Assembly: GCA_037444405.1 (NCBI GenBank)
Contig: JBBIML010000009.1
Coordinates: forward strand, 64,001-128,000
Source: Armatimonadota bacterium
GTDB lineage: Bacteria > Armatimonadota > Fimbriimonadia > Fimbriimonadales > GBS-DC
Direction of reading: 5' to 3'
DNA: 64,000 nt
Shown here: positions 20,325-28,777 of the stretch, piece by piece
Layout: the number at the start of each line of letters is the position of its first letter
Position numbering within the stretch: the first letter of the stretch is position 1
Notes under the pieces: generated by a model
Database searches by the model: none
Seen by the model: the letters and a program-made list of their open reading frames with translations, nothing else
Told to the model about the DNA's origin: nothing
Program-made: the position numbers and the translations under genes

Positions 20325-20669
20325 TCAGCTGGACCCTCCCGTCTCCGATGAGTGGCTGGCGGCAGGCATCTGGCGTCCTGCGCGTCGCTCCTCCTCCAGC
20401 TCCTCGATGCGTTCGATGAGCCGATCCCAGTTCTCGCGCTCGCTCATCAGCTGAGTGTATTCGTCCACACGCTGGAAGCCGAACAGGGCGACCAGAAACG
20501 GCGAGAAGGCGATGCCCGCCTGCGAGCCGATGAACGCCAGCGGGCGATGCAGCTCCAGAAATATTATTGCTGGCGCCGCCAGCCCGCGATTGACCACGAA
20601 CCGCGCCATCGCCTCGATCAGCTCCTGCTTACGCTCCTCGCTCAGTGGCTCTTTCCAGAACTCGTGCAT
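20325..20669 (-). CDS. hypothetical protein
   Basis: Abuts the next gene; PAIIFLELHRPLAFIGSQ motif. Confidence 0.75.
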   Translation of the reverse strand: MHEFWKEPLSEERKQELIEAMARFVVNRGLAAPAIIFLELHRPLAFIGSQAGIAFSPFLVALFGFQRVDEYTQLMSERENWDRLIERIEELEEERRAGRQMPAASHSSETGGSS

Positions 20670-20681
20670 GCGCCACCACCT

Positions 20682-21149
20682 TCAGATTTTAACCGTCTGT
20701 TTCGCCTGCTTACGCCGCTTACGAACCGCTTTTTTGCTCTGGTGGGTGGCGGTGCAGAAGCGTTCCACCAGCGCCCGCACTTCATCGGCATGATCGCCGT
20801 ACCAGAGAAAGATACCCCGAAAGGCGTCCAGTCGGCTCGGCTTCTCGAAGGGGCTAAGCAGCACGCCCTGCTCGCCCCACACCACACGCCGAACGCGCTC
20901 CCAGCGCATCAGGCGCGGCGACCACCCTTTCTGACGGATGCCCGCCTCGTCCGCTTCATAGCGGATCGGCAGCAGGTAGTCGGCAGTCGCTGAGAAGACC
21001 ATCCACAGGGCAGCGATCGCGAACAGCCAGTGCCCCATCAGCCATAGCCCCAGCAGTGGTGCGCCAATCAGCACCAGCAGCACCACGGGCAGCCGCTCCG
21101 GCTGACGCCGCGCCAGATGCACCCGCCACCGCAATAATGGTTCCGCCAT
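20682..21149 (-). CDS. hypothetical 2-TM membrane protein with PH-like beta C-terminus
   Basis: Two TM segments, then a YEADEAGI..W..V beta region. Confidence 0.7.
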   Translation of the reverse strand: MAEPLLRWRVHLARRQPERLPVVLLVLIGAPLLGLWLMGHWLFAIAALWMVFSATADYLLPIRYEADEAGIRQKGWSPRLMRWERVRRVVWGEQGVLLSPFEKPSRLDAFRGIFLWYGDHADEVRALVERFCTATHQSKKAVRKRRKQAKQTVKI

Positions 21150-21160
21150 AGCGCCATTTA

Positions 21161-22447
21161 TCAATTCGTTGTTGCTGCCGCCTCTCCTGCCGGCTTCTCC
21201 CGAAACAGCAATCCGAACACCACGCCAATCACCACTGTCGCCACCGTCGGCACCAGGAACACCAGCGTGTAGTTCGTCACGCCGTTAACGGTGAAGATGT
21301 CCTTGAGCCAGCCTGCCAGAAAGCCGCCTGCCAGCGCGCCCACGCCCAGCACTGCCACATTGATCAGCGCCTGCGCCGACGAGCGAATATCGGCAGGCGC
21401 CACCATGTCGGTATAGATGAACGCTACCACGAAGAAGAACACATAGCAGAAGCCGTGCAGCGCCAGCGAAGCCACCGCCAGCCACACCGTCCACGGCGCC
21501 GTTTCGTGCAGCGCCCACGCCAGCGCGAACACGGCGTAACGGGCTGGCCACGCAAAGATGCCCAGCAACAGCGTGCGCCGAATACCCCATATCGGCAACA
21601 CCGCAGGCAACATCAGCGCAATCGTGAAAATCTCGGCAATCTGCGCTATCGTCATCCAGGCTGGCAGGTTATCGGCGGTGATACCCACTCGCCCGCCCGC
21701 CGATTGCAGGAAGGGAAAGGTCAGAATGTAATACAGTGGCAGCTCCGTCGCCACCAGAAACGCCACGATGAAAAACAGGCGATAGTTCGGGTCGCGCAGC
21801 AACTGCAGCGCTTCGATAAACGCGAACGGGTTCGGCGCCTCCGTAGCGGGCGGTGTGTTCGGCAGGGCGAAGCTGATCAGTCCCGCAATCAGCGAGATTA
21901 CGCCCGCCATCAGAAACACATCGATAATCCCCCATTGCAGCGAACCTGCGGTGCGCATTACCGAAACCAGCCAGTTCGCCACAATCCAGCCAATCGTGCC
22001 CCAGACGCGAATCGGTCCGAACTCTATCGCAGGATCTTTCAGGTTGCGGAAAGCGACCGAGTTAGAGAGAGCAAGTGTCGGCGCATAGCAGAAGGCGTAT
22101 GCCAGCATCAGCACCGTCATCGGCAACAGCGTCTTCTGATAGGCAAGCAGTATCAGCAGTGCGCCACCCAGCAGGTGAAACAGCGCCAGCGCACGCTGGG
22201 CAGGCATCAGGCGATCCGCCAGCTGCCCCGCTGTGAACGGCACAATCAGGTTCATAATCGGCAGCGCGTTATAGATCAGCGCCAGCCCCAGCCCCGTGAA
22301 GCCCAGCTCCTTCTCCAGATAGCCCGCCAGCGCAACCGACCATGCGCCCCAGATGGCGTACTGCAGGAACATCATCACCGCCAGCATCGGTTGCTCCTGC
22401 AGCACACGGATCGCTATCGCCAGAGTGCTTTCCTGCCTTCCCTGCAT
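21161..22447 (-). CDS. MFS nucleoside:H+ symporter family permease (NupG/XapB-like)
   Basis: MMFLQYAIWGAW, FGPIRVWGTIGWI, QIAEI, LHGFCYVFF motifs. Confidence 0.88.
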   Translation of the reverse strand: MQGRQESTLAIAIRVLQEQPMLAVMMFLQYAIWGAWSVALAGYLEKELGFTGLGLALIYNALPIMNLIVPFTAGQLADRLMPAQRALALFHLLGGALLILLAYQKTLLPMTVLMLAYAFCYAPTLALSNSVAFRNLKDPAIEFGPIRVWGTIGWIVANWLVSVMRTAGSLQWGIIDVFLMAGVISLIAGLISFALPNTPPATEAPNPFAFIEALQLLRDPNYRLFFIVAFLVATELPLYYILTFPFLQSAGGRVGITADNLPAWMTIAQIAEIFTIALMLPAVLPIWGIRRTLLLGIFAWPARYAVFALAWALHETAPWTVWLAVASLALHGFCYVFFFVVAFIYTDMVAPADIRSSAQALINVAVLGVGALAGGFLAGWLKDIFTVNGVTNYTLVFLVPTVATVVIGVVFGLLFREKPAGEAAATTN

Positions 22448-22468
22448 CGTTTGTTTGCCTCCTTGCGC

Positions 22469-23476
22469 TCAATTGAGGGGCTGATTCGCCGTCAGCGTCG
22501 TCTTCTCCTGCCGATTTTCTTCTGGCGAGCGCACAAAAAGAATATAGCTGAGCAGAACGGCGAGCGCAATCGTGCCCCAGAGGAACTTTGTCCAGCTCGG
22601 AAAGGCGTAGAAGGAGAAGAAGGCTTCGGTGAAGGCGGCGATGAAGATCAGCGGGATGGAGCCGCCCAGCAGCCAGATGGCTTCGCGTCCCGCCTCGCGC
22701 AGGGCGTCGATGCGGGTCAAATCGCCCGGCATCAGCAGGGCGCGCCCCAGCAGCAGCCCGCCTGCGCCGCACAGAAAGATGGCGCCTATCTCTGGTACAC
22801 CATGCGGATAGATGGAGACCAGAAAGAAGCCCAGCTTGCCCGCCCGCGCCATCTCCGCCGCGAAGATGCCCAGCAGAAAGCCGTTCGTCCACAGCAGATA
22901 GACCGTCGGAATGCCTAAAAAGAAGCCCAATCCGAACGAGAGCATCGCCACGCGCGTGTTGTTCACAAAATAGAAGCTGGACATCACCGCCGCCAGCCCT
23001 GTCTGACCCAGCTGATATTGTCGTCCGCTCTTCCAGTGTTCCAGCACTTCGGCGAACTGCGGGTCTAACAGGCGGGCGGTCCAAGCGGGATCGCGGCTCA
23101 CCAGCGCGAAGGCGATCAGCGCGCCGGCGAGCGTGAGGGCGATGCTCAACGCCACCGCCCGCCACTGCCGCCGCACCACTGCCGGGAAGGTGTAGAACAG
23201 GCGTTTGATACCCTCGCGCAGGCTGGCTCTTGGGGGGCGATAGAACACGCCGTGCGCCTGACCCAGCAGGCTGTTGAGATAGTCGATCACGGGCGGATCG
23301 GCTCCCTGCAGGCGGGCGTAGGCTAAATCGGTTGCCACCTGCCGATAGAGGCGTCCCAGCTCGTTCAGTTCCTGACGGGTGAGCGCGTGGGCGCCGCCCC
23401 AGCGCACCGCCCGCACCATCTGCTCAAACCGCTCCCAGCGTGCCTTCCGCCGCTCCACAAACGCCCGAACATTCAC
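22469..23476 (-). CDS. SpoIIM/DUF95 family membrane protein
   Basis: LYRQVATDLAYAR, NNTRVA, PHGVPEI motifs. Confidence 0.85.
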   Translation of the reverse strand: MNVRAFVERRKARWERFEQMVRAVRWGGAHALTRQELNELGRLYRQVATDLAYARLQGADPPVIDYLNSLLGQAHGVFYRPPRASLREGIKRLFYTFPAVVRRQWRAVALSIALTLAGALIAFALVSRDPAWTARLLDPQFAEVLEHWKSGRQYQLGQTGLAAVMSSFYFVNNTRVAMLSFGLGFFLGIPTVYLLWTNGFLLGIFAAEMARAGKLGFFLVSIYPHGVPEIGAIFLCGAGGLLLGRALLMPGDLTRIDALREAGREAIWLLGGSIPLIFIAAFTEAFFSFYAFPSWTKFLWGTIALAVLLSYILFVRSPEENRQEKTTLTANQPLN

Positions 23477-23488
23477 GCCCCGTTCGAT

Positions 23489-23854
23489 TCACCGCGCCTC
23501 GCACCCATCCTGCATGCTTTCGGTCGTCTGCTGCTCGCTATCCCACTGGCGGGCGAACTCGCGGATGGTTTTGAGCAGCTCGATCAGTCGCTCCCCGCGC
23601 GGGGTGAAGGCGTACTCCACATGGGGAGGCACTTCGGGATACACTTGCCGCCGAATCAGCCCGAACCGCTCCAGCTTGCGCACGCGCTCCTGCAGCACCT
23701 TTGGGGTCAAGCCGGGCAGCGCACGCTCCAGCTTGCCCGGACGGTTAATCCCCTGTGCAATCGCGTCCAGAATCGCCAGCGTCCACTTGCACTTGAGGAT
23801 GTCCGTCAGGCACTCGTAGACTTCCGCATAGGGATGCTGCCACACTTCGCCCAT
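23489..23854 (-). CDS. HxlR family winged-helix transcriptional regulator
   Basis: KWTLAIL, KVLQERVRKLE, EVPPHVEY motifs. Confidence 0.88.
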   Translation of the reverse strand: MGEVWQHPYAEVYECLTDILKCKWTLAILDAIAQGINRPGKLERALPGLTPKVLQERVRKLERFGLIRRQVYPEVPPHVEYAFTPRGERLIELLKTIREFARQWDSEQQTTESMQDGCEAR

Positions 23855-23867
23855 AACCGCATGAAGT

Positions 23868-25556
23868 TTACTCGACCGACGATGCTGACATGCCGAGCAG
23901 TTCGCGGGCGTGCTGGAGAGCGGTTTCGGTCGGTTCGCCTGTGAGCATGCGGGCGATTTCGCGCACGCGCTCTTCATCGCGAAGTGCGCTGACAATCACG
24001 CGCGTGGTATCGCCCTCCACCTGCTTCTCAATCAGCAGGTGGTGCTGGGCGCGGCTGGCGATCTGGGGCAGGTGCGTGACGCAGATAATCTGGAAGTGCT
24101 GGCTCAGGCGAGCCAGCTTCTCGCCCACGAAGTGCGCTGTTCGCCCGCCCAGTCCGGCGTCGATCTCGTCGAACACCAGCGTTGGCACCGGCGAGGCGGT
24201 TGTTAGTACCGTTTTGAGCGCGAGCATCACGCGCGACAGCTCGCCGCCCGAGGCGATTTTGTGCAGGGGTCGCGGCGGCTCGCCCGGATTCGCGCTGAAC
24301 AGGAACTCCACCGCGTCGGTGCCCGTGCTGTCCATCGGCTTCGGCGTGAGGTTCACCACAAACTGCGCGCGCTCCATCGCCAGCTCGGTCAGAATCGAGC
24401 GCACCTGCTCGGCGAAGCGGGTTGCGCCGTTGCGCCGCGCATCACTGAGCTGCTCACAGAGAGCATTTGCGCGGGCGCGCGTCGCCTCCAGCTCCTGCTC
24501 CAGCTCCTCGCGCCGCTCGGTCTGATGCTCCAGCGCGTGCAGTTTCTGCTCCGCCTCGTTCGCATAGGCTAAGATCGCGTCGATCGTGTCGCCATACTTG
24601 CGCTTCAGGCGTCGAATCTGTTCCAGTCGGGCAATCACCGTCTCCAGCCGTTCGGGGTCGTACTCGATGCTTTCGCTATACTGGCGCAGCAGTGCCGCGC
24701 ACTCCTGAAGTTGAACCGCCGCGCTCTCCAGCGTTTCCTGCCAGTCCGCGACGGAGGGGTCAATACGGGCAATTTCGTGCAGGTGGCGAGCGGCTTCGGC
24801 AGCCCGATCATACGCGCCGCCCTCGCTCATCAGGCACTCATACGCGGAGCTTGCCAGCGCGAGCAGCTTTTCCGCGTGAGTCAGCCGTCGCTCCTCCGTG
24901 AGCAGGCTTTCCTCCTCACCCGCTTGCAGGTGCGCGCTGCGTATCTCCTGAATCTGGAAGCGGTAGAGGTCGATCATCTGCTCGCGTTCGCGCTCGCGTT
25001 CAATTAGCGCCTGCAGTTCGTTCTCGATCTGGTGCAGGCGGCACACGGTCTCGCGTACTTCGGCGCGCAGGTTCAGCACCCGTTCGCCCAGCCAGCGATC
25101 CAGAAAGTCGAGATGACTGCTCGGTTTCAGCAGGGACTGATGTTCGTGCTGTCCGTGCAGATCGACCAGCAGGTCGCCGATGGCTTTGAGCGTGTTGAGC
25201 GGCACGGGCTGAGCGTTCACACGCGCGATGGAGCGCCCGCCTGCCTGCACCTCGCGCGAGAGATAGAGCAGTTGCTGACCGTTCTCGTGCGTTTCAGGTT
25301 CGATGCCCAGCTCCTGCAGGGTTGCCTGCAGGTCGGGGTCGTTGGGTAGTTGTATGATGGCGTTCACGCGCAGGCGGTCGGCGCCCGTGCGAATGAGCGA
25401 CGGGTCCGCTCGCTCACCCAGCACAAGGTTCAGCGCGCCCAGCAGGATCGACTTGCCCGCGCCCGTCTCCCCCGTCAGCACATTGAAACCCGGCGCGAAG
25501 CCGATGTCCACTCGCTCAATAATCGCCAGATTCTCGATGTGCAACTCCAGCAGCAT
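23868..25556 (-). CDS. recN: DNA repair protein RecN
   Basis: LTGETGAGKS, ASGGELSRVMLA, FDEID, VTHLPQIA. Confidence 0.97.
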   Translation of the reverse strand: MLLELHIENLAIIERVDIGFAPGFNVLTGETGAGKSILLGALNLVLGERADPSLIRTGADRLRVNAIIQLPNDPDLQATLQELGIEPETHENGQQLLYLSREVQAGGRSIARVNAQPVPLNTLKAIGDLLVDLHGQHEHQSLLKPSSHLDFLDRWLGERVLNLRAEVRETVCRLHQIENELQALIEREREREQMIDLYRFQIQEIRSAHLQAGEEESLLTEERRLTHAEKLLALASSAYECLMSEGGAYDRAAEAARHLHEIARIDPSVADWQETLESAAVQLQECAALLRQYSESIEYDPERLETVIARLEQIRRLKRKYGDTIDAILAYANEAEQKLHALEHQTERREELEQELEATRARANALCEQLSDARRNGATRFAEQVRSILTELAMERAQFVVNLTPKPMDSTGTDAVEFLFSANPGEPPRPLHKIASGGELSRVMLALKTVLTTASPVPTLVFDEIDAGLGGRTAHFVGEKLARLSQHFQIICVTHLPQIASRAQHHLLIEKQVEGDTTRVIVSALRDEERVREIARMLTGEPTETALQHARELLGMSASSVE

Positions 25557-25629
25557 CGATAGAGAGTGTACCTGTCAGGCTTGCGACTGCTCTGGGGCGA
25601 GGCGTTGAAACGGGTACACTCTGAATGCT

Positions 25630-27138
25630 ATGGGTCGTCCGGTCGATGTGCCGCTGATTTTCGAGCGCAGTGTGCCAGGTCGGCAGGGTGTGCGTCCACC
25701 GGTGTGTGATGTGCCGGTGCGTCCACTGACGGAGTTGCTGGGCGAAGCGAATCTGCGTGCCGAGCCGCCAGCCCTGCCCGAAGTGAGCGAGCTGGACGCC
25801 CTGCGCCACTACACGCGCCTCTCTCAGCGCAACTACGGCATCGATATCGGCTTCTACCCGCTCGGCTCCTGCACCATGAAGTATAACCCGCGCATCAACG
25901 AGAAGGTCGCCGCGCTGGTGGGCTTCACGCACGCGCATCCGCTGCTGCCCGAATCGCTGGCGCAGGGCGCGTTGCAACTGCTGTACGAACTGCAGGAGGA
26001 CCTTAAAGCCATCACGGGTTTTCATGCGGTTAGCCTTCAGAATGTGGCGGGCGCGCACGGTGAGCTGCTCTGCCTGATGCTGATCAAAGCCTATCACGAG
26101 TCGCGCGGTGAGGGTGAGCAGCGCACGGTGGTGCTGGTACCCGACTCGGCGCACGGCACGAACCCCGCCTCCGCCGCGCTGTGCGGCTACACGGTGCAAT
26201 CAATCCCCACCGATTCGGAGGGCAACACCGACCTGGACGCGCTCAAAGCCGCGCTGAACGAGCGGGTCGCCGCGATGATGCTGACCAATCCCAGCACGCT
26301 GGGGCTGTTTGATCGCAACGCGCAGAAGGCGTGCGAGCTGCTGCACGAGGCGGGCGCGCTGGTGTTTTGCGATGGGGCGAACATGAACGCGCTGGTCGGC
26401 GTTGTTCAGCCCGCCGCGATGGGCTTCGACTGCATGCATCTCAATTTGCACAAAACTTTCTCCACGCCGCATGGTGGGGGCGGTCCGGGCGCGGGTGCGG
26501 TTGGCGTGTCGGAGCGGCTGGAGCCGTTCCTGCCCGTGCCGCGCATTGTGCGCACGCCCGACGGGCGCTACGCGCTCGCCAGCAACTACCCGCACTCCAT
26601 CGGGCGCGTGCATACCTTCTACGGCAACTTTCTGAACCTCGTGCGGGCGTATGCCTACATTCGGGCGTATGGGGGCGAGGGGCTGCGCACGATTGCCGAG
26701 TTCGCCGTGCTGAACGCGAACTATCTGCTAACGCGGATTCGCGACGCCTTCCCGCCCGCGATTGACCGCCTCTGCATGCACGAGTGCGTGGTCACGGCGC
26801 AGCGCTATAAGCAGCTGTATGGCGTTCGCGCGCTCGACATCGCGAAGCGCCTGCTGGACTACGGCTTCCATCCGCCCACGATGTACTTCCCGCTGATTGT
26901 GCCCGAATGCCTGATGATTGAGCCGACCGAGACCGAGAGCAAGCAGACGCTGGATATGTTCGCGAACGCGCTGTTAGAGATCGCGCGTGAGGCGGCGGAG
27001 CAGCCCGAGTTGTTGAAGAGCGCGCCGCACAACACGCCCGTGCGCCGCCTGGATGAGGCGAGCGCGGCGAAGAACCTGATCCTGCGATGGCATGGCGAGG
27101 TGGTCTATCCGCAGGAGGTGCCTGCCTGCGCCTGCTGA
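25630..27138 (+). CDS. gcvPB: glycine dehydrogenase (decarboxylating) subunit 2
   Basis: YPLGSCTMKYNP, HLNLHKTFSTPHGGGGPG PLP motif, MIEPTETES. Confidence 0.96.
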   Translation: MGRPVDVPLIFERSVPGRQGVRPPVCDVPVRPLTELLGEANLRAEPPALPEVSELDALRHYTRLSQRNYGIDIGFYPLGSCTMKYNPRINEKVAALVGFTHAHPLLPESLAQGALQLLYELQEDLKAITGFHAVSLQNVAGAHGELLCLMLIKAYHESRGEGEQRTVVLVPDSAHGTNPASAALCGYTVQSIPTDSEGNTDLDALKAALNERVAAMMLTNPSTLGLFDRNAQKACELLHEAGALVFCDGANMNALVGVVQPAAMGFDCMHLNLHKTFSTPHGGGGPGAGAVGVSERLEPFLPVPRIVRTPDGRYALASNYPHSIGRVHTFYGNFLNLVRAYAYIRAYGGEGLRTIAEFAVLNANYLLTRIRDAFPPAIDRLCMHECVVTAQRYKQLYGVRALDIAKRLLDYGFHPPTMYFPLIVPECLMIEPTETESKQTLDMFANALLEIAREAAEQPELLKSAPHNTPVRRLDEASAAKNLILRWHGEVVYPQEVPACAC

Positions 27139-27779
27139 ACGAGGGCGTCGTCCCGCCGGAACAGAATATGGCGCGGGACAGCGCGCTCTTTGAGGCGTTC
27201 GAGCGGGGCGCAATCCCGCCGACCTTGCGTGTGTATCAGTGGGCGTCGCCTGCCATCACTTATGGCTGTGCCCAGCGTCTGCCCGAACGGCTGGTGCAGG
27301 CGGCGCAGGCGTTCAACATCCCGCTGTTCCGCCGCCCCACGGGAGGCAAAGCGGTGCTGCACGGGCACGATTTGACCGTGGCGCTGGTCGGAACCCCCTC
27401 ACCCGTAAGCCATCGGGTCTACCCGCGGCAGGTCTATCTGTGGCTGGCTCCTGCACTGGTGGCGGCGTTTCGGCAGATTGGCATCCCTGCCACGATGGGC
27501 ACGGCGCCAGCGCCCGACCCGCTAAGCGTCGATGACGGGGGTGATTGCTTCGCGACGCCCGCCTTCACCGATATCGTGCATGCGGAAACGGGTCTCAAGC
27601 TGATGGGTTGCGCGTTGCGTGTGTCCGAGCGCGGGTTCCTGATGCAGGCGTCGATTCCCGTGCGCCCGCCCGAAGTGCCTGTGGAAGCGATTTTCGGGCA
27701 TCCCCACCCGACGCCGCCCCCCATCGAAATCAACGCGCTGATCGACGCACTCCACCGCTGTCTATCGGCTCACTTTTAG
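27126..27779 (+). CDS. lipoate-protein ligase A / octanoyltransferase family protein (start uncertain: CTG 27126 or ATG 27087)
   Basis: NMARD, PTLRVYQW, RRPTGGKAVLH, KLMG motifs; adjacent to gcvPB. Confidence 0.8.
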   Translation: MRLLNEGVVPPEQNMARDSALFEAFERGAIPPTLRVYQWASPAITYGCAQRLPERLVQAAQAFNIPLFRRPTGGKAVLHGHDLTVALVGTPSPVSHRVYPRQVYLWLAPALVAAFRQIGIPATMGTAPAPDPLSVDDGGDCFATPAFTDIVHAETGLKLMGCALRVSERGFLMQASIPVRPPEVPVEAIFGHPHPTPPPIEINALIDALHRCLSAHF

Positions 27780-28777
27780 GAAGGTAGGGGTGATGCATGC
27801 GTCGCCCCTACCCCCGTGTTCGCAGGAAGCTCCCTTTTCTCGAAAGGGAATCCCCTCCGCTCGAAAGGGAAGTACCTTTTGCCACAAGGGATGTCCGTCT
27901 CGACACGGCTGGATGCAGTTTGAGCGCGACTGATGTTCGAGGTGGGGGATTCAGGTGCAATCGTGTCTGTGTGGGATGGTGAGCGGTTGCTGCGCGGGAT
28001 GCTGGCTTTGCCGCGCGTTCGCATCTGACCCTGCTCGCTGATGACCTGCTCCACATAGAGTCCGTCGGGGATGCCCAGGTCGCGCTCGGCGTCGATGAGC
28101 GGGTTCAGCCACTGGCGCAGGCTCTGCACGGCGGCGGGCGCCAGCTCCGCGCCTTCGATTTCGATGCGGGCTTCCGCAAGGTCCAGAAAGCGTCCCTCGC
28201 GCGGGGCAAGCTGACCCACCGCCCGGAAGCTCACCTCGCTGCCCAGAAAGAGCGCGACGCCGCTCACGCGCGTTTCAGCAGGCGTGATCTCGACGCGCAC
28301 CTCCCGAATGTAGGGCGCGTATTTGCGCCGAATGTAGGCAGCCAGGTCGTCCTGTAGCACCACGATCTCGGCGTGTCCGACGCCTGTGCCCGATAGTCGG
28401 AAGAGGCGCTTGCGGAGTACCAGCCGTCGGTCATAGCGCACATCGGGGATTTCGGCGTAGACGGTGTGCGCTCGCAGCCCGCGCAGCGACACATCGTGCA
28501 GGCGCATGATGAACCGCTCGATGCGACCCGTTTTGGGGCGATGCTCCTCCAGCGTGAAGGGCAGCCCATCCAGGGTGAAGTGGCTGGCATTCACTGTGAG
28601 CCGTTTCAGGCGTCCCTGCAGCAGACCGTCCACGCCGTCGGGTTCGATTTTGACCTGGATGGTGCCGCCACCGACGCGCTGGCGGATTTCACGAGCAGCC
28701 GTTTTCTCCACTTCGCGAATTGCGCTCTTGCCCAGCGTGAGCAGGATCGCAATCACAGCCAGCCATTCGCGCTTCAC
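27776..28777 (-). CDS. DUF2993/LmeA-like exported protein with repeat-derived C-terminal tail
   Basis: N-terminal hydrophobic segment and LLQGRLKRLTVNA; the last ~70 aa read through repeats. Confidence 0.65.
   Translation of the reverse strand: MKREWLAVIAILLTLGKSAIREVEKTAAREIRQRVGGGTIQVKIEPDGVDGLLQGRLKRLTVNASHFTLDGLPFTLEEHRPKTGRIERFIMRLHDVSLRGLRAHTVYAEIPDVRYDRRLVLRKRLFRLSGTGVGHAEIVVLQDDLAAYIRRKYAPYIREVRVEITPAETRVSGVALFLGSEVSFRAVGQLAPREGRFLDLAEARIEIEGAELAPAAVQSLRQWLNPLIDAERDLGIPDGLYVEQVISEQGQMRTRGKASIPRSNRSPSHTDTIAPESPTSNISRAQTASSRVETDIPCGKRYFPFERRGFPFEKRELPANTGVGATHASPLPS
27784..27811. repeat. GTAG-type REP-like palindrome
   Basis: GTAGGGGTGATGCATGCGTCGCCCCTAC, near-identical to 45354-45381. 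Confidence 0.75.
27828..27890. repeat. three degenerate 21-bp tandem repeats
   Basis: AGCTCCCTTTTCTCGAAAGGG / AATCCCCTCCGCTCGAAAGGG / AAGTACCTTTTGCCACAAGGG. Confidence 0.6.

Noticed and set aside
21455..22918. Long antisense ORFs (also 15969-17150, 35906-37084, 50991-52157, 61631-63022)
   Set aside because: Shadows of well-supported genes, expected in high-GC DNA; no recognisable motifs
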